Positions 55,562 to 64,000 of a stretch of DNA of 64,000 bases are shown in pieces. The stretch is taken from assembly GCA_951406725.2 (NCBI GenBank), contig OX597837.1:22444001-22508000 (forward strand), read 5' to 3'. The DNA comes from Octopus vulgaris. Its lineage: Eukaryota. The translations under genes and the position numbers were made by a program. The notes beneath the pieces are model-generated. The model had not been told where the DNA came from and did no database searches. It saw only the letters and a list, made by a program, of their open reading frames with translations. Within the stretch, counting starts at the first letter, position 1. The number at the start of each line of letters is the position of its first letter.

Positions 55562-55951
55562 TCTTTATATATAAAAGTCAAGTTGTGTGTCTGTCTCCTA
55601 TGATTTAGATTCCTAACTACTCCCACATTTTGCGGTGCAGTTTAACCAAAACCGAGTATCTTATAGTCGTGATTCATATCGAGCCCTTCTGGGTATTAGC
55701 GTGCGTCTACGATGAGTCTACGATTTAAAAAAAATTTACCATAATTTTTTTCCATTTTAATGCATTTTTTCACTATTATATAAGGGAAGTAACTCTCTAA
55801 AAATGTTTACGATGAGTCAACGATTTAAAAAAAAAATTTACCATAATTTTTTTTCCATTTTTAATGCATTTTTTTGCTATTTTTTGGCTATAAAAATGCT
55901 TATATAGTTATTTCCCTTACAAACCCGAGCAACGCCGGGCGATACTGCTAG
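55562..55951 (+). mobile_element. Non-autonomous Helitron
   Basis: A|TCTTTATATATAAAAG start. 3' hairpin cccgagcaacgccggg followed by CTAG|T. Inserted between A and T with no TSD. Confidence 0.85.
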
Positions 55952-56161
55952 TATATATATATATGCTCTTTTTTTATTATTATTCTTTTATTTGTTTCAA
56001 TCATTTGACTGCTGCTATGCTAGCACCTTTAATCAAACAAATTGACCCCAGGACTTATTCTATCGGTCCCTTTTGCCAAACTGCCAAGTTATGGTGATGT
56101 AAACACATCAGCATCAGTTGTCAAGCTATGGTAGGGGGACAATCACAGACACACAAACATA

Positions 56162-56205
<44 letters not shown>

Positions 56206-57800
56206 CATATACATACACCCACACACACATGCATATATATATATATATATATGATGTGTTTCTTTCAGTTTCTGTCTACCAAATCTACTCACATGGCCTT
56301 GGTCAGCCTCAGGCTATAGTAGAAGACACTTGCCCAAGGTGCCATGCAGTGGGACTGAACCCGGAACCATGTGGTTGGTAAGCAAGCTAACACATATATA
56401 TAGATGTATATACACACGTGAACACGTATAATAGCTTCCAGTGTAAACGAGAATAATTTATTTGGAGACAATATGAAGAGAAAGCATTGCAACTCTAGCC
56501 TTACATGAGTAAATTGAATAAGAGTTTTTTTTAAAAAAAAGAGGCAAGCATCAGAAAGCTACCACGAATAAACACAACAAAGGTTTTCCAACCCTTTATG
56601 ACATTAAGAAACAAAGGGACAAATTATTGTCATTTATATCCAATCAGAAGACAAACATAAGTGTTGATGTGCAGCCAATTTTTTTTCCTATAAAAGAATT
56701 AAATGCAGTATTATTTAAGTGGTTTAGAGCAAAGTGATCTGAAAGTATGTCAATTTCAGGTTCAGTGTTCATTGTAAAAGCAGTTTCACAACAATATAAG
56801 TATGTATCATGGACATTTGCATGTTTTCAGTTGGGGTAGTTTAGAAGCTTTAGAATATGACATGGCATTCGTAAATTTAATTTGTCTTGTTGAAAGTAAT
56901 TGGTAGCTACTGAAACTGCTTGATAATCTGTTTAATGACATCAACATCAACAATGATGGTAGCAGTGGTGGTTGTGGTGGTAGTAGTCATTGTCATAGTC
57001 ATAGTCATGGTGGTGATGTAATGGTGGTGGTGGTGGTGCTGGGTGATGGTGGTGGTGGTGGTGATGGTGGTGGTGGTGATGGTGGTGTTGGTGGTGTTGA
57101 TGGTGAGGGTGGGGAGGTCGGTGGTTGTAGTCATGGTGGTGGTTGTTTTGGCAATAACGATGGTGATGGTGGTGGTGGTGGGTGATGATAAACTTCCACT
57201 GGAAGTGGATTAAGTAAAATTGAAAAGTTTGTAACTTTATAAGGTCATTAGCTAAAGTTTAATTAAGTAATTATATTAAGTTAGATATAGTTAGTTTAAT
57301 TGGTGAAATGAAATAAACACTTATTTTCTGTACACTGTATGAGGTCCCTATTTCAAGTTTATATATATATGTAATAGATATGTTTTACACACACATGCAC
57401 ATATACACAAAGCATTTCAGTTAAGTTGAACATATACTATTTTATGTATTGTACAGTATAAATTTAAGTGCATCCACCACCACCACCACCACCACCACCA
57501 TCACCACCACCACCAGCACCAAAACCAGTACCATCAGTACCACTACCATCAGAAACTCCACTGCCACCACCATGGTGGTTTGGCAGAAAGGGACCGATAG
57601 AATAAGTTCAAGGTTTATAAAAAAATAAGTACTGGGGTTGATTCATTTGGCTAAAAATGTTTCAAGGTGGTGCCCCAGCATGGCCACAGTCTAATGACTG
57701 AAACAAATGAACGATAAGAGCTTAGTGGCATTTCCTACTTTGCATTCAGAGTTCAAATTACACCAAAGTCAACTTTCCCTTCCATCTTTTATGGGTTTGC

Positions 57801-58219
57801 AGGAGTGACTGTATGGTAAGTAGCTTGCTTACCAACCATATGGTTCTGGGTTCAGTCCCACTGCATGGCACCTTGGGCAAGTGTCTTCTACTATAGTCTC
57901 GGGCCGACCAAAGCCTTGTGAGTGGATTTGGTAGACGGAAATTGAAAGAAGCTCATCGTATATATGTATGTATGTATGCATGCATGTATGTATGTGTGTG
58001 TGTCTGTGTTTGTCCCCCCAACATCACTTGACAACCGATGCTGGTGTGTTTATGTCCCCACATCTTAGCAGTTCGGCAAAAGAGACCGATAGAATACTAA
58101 GAATACTAAGCTTACTAAGCTTACAAAGAATAAGTCCTGGGGTTGATTTCCTCGACTAAAGGCAGCGCTCCAGCATGGCCACAGTCATATGACTGAAACA
58201 AGTAAAGAAGTAAAAGAGT
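57801..58219 (+). mobile_element. SINE family A nested in a family C copy
   Basis: Full family A copy, with family C halves at ~57720-57800 and 58220-58312. Confidence 0.85.
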
Positions 58220-58314
58220 AAGTACCAGTTGAGCATGGAGGAGTGGAAAGCAATGTAATTGACTAGCCCTCTCCTACAAAATTTTAGGCCTTGTGCCTAT
58301 AGCAGAAAGGATTA

Positions 58315-58349
<35 letters not shown>

Positions 58350-58903
58350 GAGTGAGCGAGCAGAGCATGCCATCAAAGTGACACTGGGGTAAAATATACG
58401 AAGCCCAGTATACCCATCATAACTACCCGTCTGATAAGGGTACACCAGGCACATGCATCACAACCATATGTGCGCGACATGGTGATCTCATATCAAGATA
58501 AACAGCACATGACCTTGCAGGTGGAGCCCAGTTAGAATTTTCTTCAGATCGAGTAACCCATTCCGCTCAAAAAGTCCCTGAATAAGGGTTGTTTAAGGAC
58601 GTTGAACGAAACACCCATGTTTCCAGAGGTGAATTATTCAAACCCCAAAGAATCCTTCTCAACACATGGCTATGATGCTCCCCCACTACTTCTGCTCGTG
58701 ATCAGAGATGCACATATCGTCAGCCACTAAGGGACATGCTCAACTGGCTAAGGTCAAACAACTGACAAGCAAATCTGTGGTATTGAGCAGAATATTTGCT
58801 GTAGCCCATCTTTTATACCAAGACAAAACAATGTACATGATAACACTTCCAATCAGTTAAGATCAGAAGCCATGAGAGCCACTGCCTGGTACTGCATCCG
58901 GGC

Positions 58904-58905
<2 letters not shown>
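58350..58905. mobile_element. ~555-bp non-coding element inserted in an (ATT)n microsatellite
   Basis: Complex sequence bounded on both sides by pure (att)n runs, with no long ORF and no TIR. Confidence 0.55.
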
Positions 58906-58959
<54 letters not shown>

Positions 58960-59601
58960 TGGCAGAATGCTTAGCAATATTTTGTCCATCGCTACGTATT
59001 GAGTTCAGATTTCACGAGGATTGACTTTGCCTTTCATCCTTTCGGGGTTGATAAATTAAGTACCAATAAAACACTGGGGGCCAGTGTAATTGACAAGTCC
59101 CCTCTCCACACATTTCAGGCCTTTTGCCCTTAGCAGAAAGGATTATTATTATTATTATTATTATCATCAGAGCTGGTAGGAAAGGTGGCAAGCTGACAGA
59201 ATTGTCTGCACCCCAAGCAAAATGTTTAGCAGTATCTTAACCGTCTTTACGTTCTGTGTTCAAATTCTGCCAAGCTCGACTTTGCCTTTCATCCTTTTGG
59301 GGGTCGATAAAATAAGTACCAGTTGAGTAATGGGGGTCGATGAAATTAACTTAACCCCTCCCCCAAAATTTTAGGCCTTGTGCCTTTAGTAGAAAGGATT
59401 ATAATTATTATTATTTGATGAAAACTCTCAGCTTATTTTGCTGGGTATGATGGAAAGTGTCAGCTGTTCAGAGTCAGAAGACTAAGGTGACACTTATTTA
59501 CTGATCATGCTTCAAGAATCCTGCGAAGAATTCTTACAGCTCCAAGCAATGCTGAATTTTGTAGATGTTCTATCTTAGCTGATTTTTGTTATTATTTTCA
59601 C

Positions 59602-59633
<32 letters not shown>

Positions 59634-59634
59634 G

Positions 59635-59777
59635 TCTTCACTACAGAGGGAGTGTTTGTCCAGGATAGGAATACACAGCCACAGCAGGAAATGTATCAGG
59701 ACATGAAATATAAAAGCCGGACTAGACTACTTTATGCGCAACTCCATTGTCTCCCGAGACAGAAAGGATGCCAACCA

Positions 59778-59778
<1 letters not shown>
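59635..59778 (+). pseudogene. RTE LINE extreme 3' end
   Basis: 59650-59694 reads ECLSRIGIHSHSRKC (RTE C-terminal SRIGLxSHxRxC motif), then the ttgtctcccgagacag hairpin and an (att)n tail. Confidence 0.75.
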
Positions 59779-59821
<43 letters not shown>

Positions 59822-61124
59822 CATTATTATCATTATTATCATTATCATTATTATTATCATTATCCATACATGTATTTATATCCATCTTCTCATTTCTCTT
59901 TTCTTTTATCATTTATCTTTCACTTGTTTCAGTCTTTTGACTGTGGTCATGCTGGGACACTGCCTTGAGGAATTGTAGTCAGACTTATTGACCCCAGTTA
60001 ATTTTTTTTTTCTTTTAAGCCTGGTACGTATTGTATCGGTCTCTTTTGCTGAGCTGCTAAGTTACAGGGACATAATTGTCAAGCAGTGGAGGGGGACAAA
60101 CACATACTCAAATACACACAAACGTGTGTATATATATATATATATACACAATGGGCATCTTTCAGTTTCTTATTTCTTTATTGCCCACAAGTGGCTAAAC
60201 ACAGAGGGGACAAACAAGGACAGACAAAGGGATTAAGTCGATTATTGGTACTTAATTTATCAACCCTGAAAGGGTGAAAGGTAAATTCGACCTCAGCGGA
60301 ATTTGAACTCAGAATGTAACAGCAGACGAAATACCGCTAAGCATTTCGCCCAGCGTGCTAACGATTCTTCCTGCTCACCGCCTTCATCTTTCAGTTTCTG
60401 TCTACCAAATCCACTTATAAGATTTTGATTTGCTCAAAACTTTAATAGAAGACACTTGCCCAATGTGCCATACGGTGGAACTGAACCCGGAACCATGTTG
60501 TTGGGAAGCAAACTTCTTACCTGATAGTCACACCTGCACCTTGCATATCAAAAAGCAAAAAAACTGAACAAGAGCAAACGCTGACTACACGCCACTGAAA
60601 TAATTAAGTTGGGTAAATAGGGAGAGTAAGTAAAAGAGAGAACGCAAGAGAGAAGGAGACAGGTGTAAATTATAAGGTAATCACACTATCTTATTTGGGA
60701 TAAGATGAGAAGGAGTAAAAAACTAGATGTTTACAGAAATGACAAATACAATAGGAAATGAAAAATACAAATAGTAAATTTATGATTATGATGTTTTCTG
60801 AAATTACCTTTATCATTATCGTAATGTTTGTAACCGTTTCATGAGAATTTCAACCGTACTAACAGGTGCATCTCTTGCTGCTCTGTAAGAATGTTGTCTT
60901 TTAGAGGTAGAGAACTACATTAACCTTGGTTTGGTTTTTGGTTTTTGTACGTGCGTGTGTATCTGATTTATTTTGTATGTTGTTTTTTGTTGATGCTTTA
61001 GTGTTTTGTGTCTTTTGTTGTTAAGTATATGTGCAATGTGGATATTGTTATTTTGTTGTGTGGTGTTCATTTGTGTTTTGAATGTGTTGTCTGAATTGTG
61101 TTTTTTTTTACACAACCGTGTATG

Positions 61125-61588
61125 TATACATACATACATACATTCATACATACATACATACATGCACACATGCATACATACATACATACATACGTACATA
61201 CATACATACATACATACATACATGCATGCATCCATACATGCATGCATACATACATACATTCATTCATACATTCATACATACATACATACAGACATACATA
61301 CATACATTCACACATACATACATTCATACATATATACATACATGCATACATACATACATGCATTCATACATACATGCATTCATACATACATACATTCATA
61401 CATACATACATACATACATACATACATACATACATACATACATACATACATACATACATACATACATACATACATACATACATACATACATACATACATA
61501 CATACATACATACATACATACATACATACATACATACATACATACATACATACATACATACATACATACATACATACATACATACATA
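61125..61588. repeat. (TACA)n microsatellite
   Basis: Long catacata run, pure in its 3' half. Confidence 0.97.
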
Positions 61589-61769
61589 ATTGTTGCTTAT
61601 TCATTAGATGAGTAGGACCATCGCTGATAGATGTGTCAAGCAATGCCTGTGTAGGAGTTTTGAGTTGATTGGTGCTTGCACAATGCCACAATAACTATCA
61701 TTTGCAATACCAAGCAACCTAGAGACCAGCAAAGTGCAAGATATCCAGCTCAGTAGGGTAGTTATTGTT

Positions 61770-62472
61770 GTTTGTTCCTTCTCGAGCCATACCTGGCTCA
61801 TATGGCTGGTTTCCCAGTTTCCTTGTCATATAGGTTCCCCACCTGGATGGGACGCCAGTCCATCACAGGTGAGCTGCAAGATGCTGGAGAAAAGAGTGAG
61901 AAAAAGTTGTGGTGAAAGAGTCAGCAAAAGTTCACCATTACCTTCTGCCAGAACCTCATGGAGAATAGGTGTTTCACTCATAAACACACACATTGCCCGG
62001 TCTGAGATTCGAACCCGTGATCCCTCGACCACGAGTCTGCGGCTCTAACCACTAGGCCATGTGCCTCCACTAAGTAGAGCAGTGGGTTATATACACAACT
62101 TTGTGGAGGCGCAATAGCCCAGTGGTTAGGGCAGCGGTCTCGCGGTTTCGATTCCCAGACCGGGCGTTGTGAGTGTTTATTGAGCAAAAACACCTAAAGC
62201 TCCACGAGGCTCCAACAGGGGATGGTGGTGATCCCTGCTGTACTCTTTCACCACAACTTTCTCTCACTCTTACTTCCTGTTTCTGTTGTACCTGTATTTC
62301 AAGGGGCTGGCCTTGTCACTCTCTGTGTCACGCTGAATATCCCCGAGAACTACGTTAAGGGTACACGTGTCTGTGGAATGCTCAGCCACTTACACGTTAA
62401 TTTCATGAGCAGGCTGTTCCGTTGATTCGGATCAACCGGAACCCTCATCGTCGTAACCGACGGAGTGCTTCC
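61770..62472. mobile_element. Head-to-head pair of tRNA-derived SINEs with different tails
   Basis: The minus copy (61770-62070) and plus copy (62105-62472) share the head ggaggc.ca.t.gcc.agtggttag...ttcga.tc.cagaccgggc and the body, then diverge. Confidence 0.8.
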
Positions 62473-62976
62473 AAAATTAATACACAACTTAACCTTCTCC
62501 TAGAGGGATGCTTTGACAAAGACCAGGAGTCTGTCATTCCCAGTGGGCTTACTGGGCCCTTGGACACCAGCCCAAGTATTTCTTTTCTAAAATAAAAAAG
62601 CATGAGGTGTTGATAATGTTTGCTTTGCTTTTCCATTTTCAGGGTGATCTTAAGCACACAAAATACAAACTGTCTCATCACAAGTTTATGTTGAACTATA
62701 TTGCAGAGTCAAGTATTTAACAAGTGTGTCTGTGGAAGGGACAGACTGAAGTTAGTTACACATTAGAGTGCTTGAAGATTAGGATCAACAAAAACCAAAT
62801 GGCCAGCCCAATAGTAAACCTTTGCCCAAGGTGCAATGGAGTGAGACTAACCTAGAATGACATTGTTACAAAACAAAGCAAACTATGTCACCATACAGCC
62901 GTGACTGCTTCTATCTGTGTCTGTCTATACACACATACATAGACACACAGACACACACACACACATGCACATGTGC

Positions 62977-63025
<49 letters not shown>

Positions 63026-63027
63026 TG

Positions 63028-63078
<51 letters not shown>

Positions 63079-63084
63079 ATATAT

Positions 63085-63279
63085 AAGGCGAACTGGCAGA
63101 AACGTTAGCACGCTGGGAGAAATGCGTAGCCGTATTTCGTCTGCCATTACGTTCTGGGTTCAAATTCCGCCGAGGTCGACTTTGCCTTTCATCCTTTCGG
63201 GGTCGATATAATCGACTTAATCCGTTTATCTGTCCTTGTTTGTCCCCTCTGTGTTTAGCCCCTTGTGGGTAGTAAAGAA

Positions 63280-63282
<3 letters not shown>
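63085..63282 (+). mobile_element. SINE family C copy
   Basis: aaggcgaactggcagaaacgttagcacg...gttcaaattccgccgaggtcgac...tttagccccttgtggg.agtaaagaaata. Confidence 0.88.
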
Positions 63283-63313
<31 letters not shown>

Positions 63314-63314
63314 G

Positions 63315-63350
<36 letters not shown>

Positions 63351-63369
63351 TGTATGTATACATGTATGT

Positions 63370-63633
63370 GCGTATGGCTCAGTGGTTAGAGTGTTGAGTT
63401 TATGATCGTGAGGTTGCGAGCTCCAATCCCGGACCGGGCTGCATGTTGTGTTCTTGAGCAAGACACTTTATTTCACGTTGCTCCACTTCACTCAACTGTA
63501 GAAATGAGTTGCGACGTCACAGGTGCCAGGCTGTATCGGCCTTTGCCTTTCCCTTGGATAACACTGGTGGCGTGGAGAGGGGAGGCTGGTATGCATGGGC
63601 GACTGCTGGTCTTCCATAAACAACCTTGCCCGG
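63370..63633 (+). mobile_element. tRNA-derived SINE (family D-type head and core)
   Basis: tggctcagtggttagagtg head and gtgttcttgagcaagacac core. A related decayed copy lies at ~43130-43440. Confidence 0.75.
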
Positions 63634-63646
63634 GAAGTGAGAAAGT

Positions 63647-63682
63647 CTTTTACATTTCGAGCCTACACTCTTCGACAGAAAG
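63647..63682 (-). ncRNA. Variant minimal hammerhead motif (pLTR fragment)
   Basis: Minus strand CUUU-CUGUCGA-A-GAGU(GUAG)GCUC-GAAAU-GUA-AAAG, the same family as 46164-46201. Confidence 0.6.
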
Positions 63683-64000
63683 GAACACACACACACATAT
63701 ATACCATGTCAAAGATGCACAAATAAAAAATAATATACAAAGCCCATTATTTATACTTTTTCTTATATATAGGCATACCTCACCCTGTGTTGTTAATTGG
63801 TTCCAGAGACATGACTTCAGTCGAAAAAACTTAAGTTGAATTAACTTGTCTCTAGGCTATGCTAGGCTGAATTTACTTATCTCTAGCCTAAACCGATAAT
63901 AGCCATTCCCAATTCTGTATTTTATTTATGAATGCATTTTCAATAATGCATGCTTAATAAAAACCTATTTTAAGCTTACAAACAAATAATTTTTATTTTT

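Noticed and set aside
62105-62165. Possible tRNA gene (also at 1240-1295 and 63374-63440)
   Set aside because: A/B boxes are present but the cloverleaf is incomplete and the sequence runs into a SINE body. These are SINE heads.

Overview
AT-rich, repeat-saturated eukaryotic DNA. The SINE families and the dense (TA)n/(TACA)n/(GATA)n/(ATT)n microsatellites are typical of a coleoid cephalopod, probably Octopus (inferred from repeat content, no search run). The only host gene I can support is DOT1L (histone H3K79 methyltransferase) on the minus strand: coding exon 1 at 38165-38097 (MELKLHSPAGAEAAVYTWPLAST) and a 41-nt exon 2 at 26458-26418 (DGRDGALEVTDTIR). Exon 3 was not found and probably lies beyond position 1, so 1-38 kb is intronic and 38.5-64 kb is upstream. 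The rest is transposon-derived: several SINE families, RTE LINE relics, Tc1/mariner, Tigger, hAT and piggyBac-type MITEs, Helitrons and Penelope-like element (PLE) remnants. The most interesting signal is a recurring set of asymmetric fold-back insertions, mostly within (TA)n, several carrying minimal type I hammerhead ribozymes. One is a palindromic tRNA-head/hammerhead-tail element bounded by a 13-bp target-site duplication (999-1507). One PLE family carries a recurrent CUGUYRA variant of the hammerhead core. Almost all long ORFs in the supplied track are microsatellite artefacts, and there is no CRISPR array.
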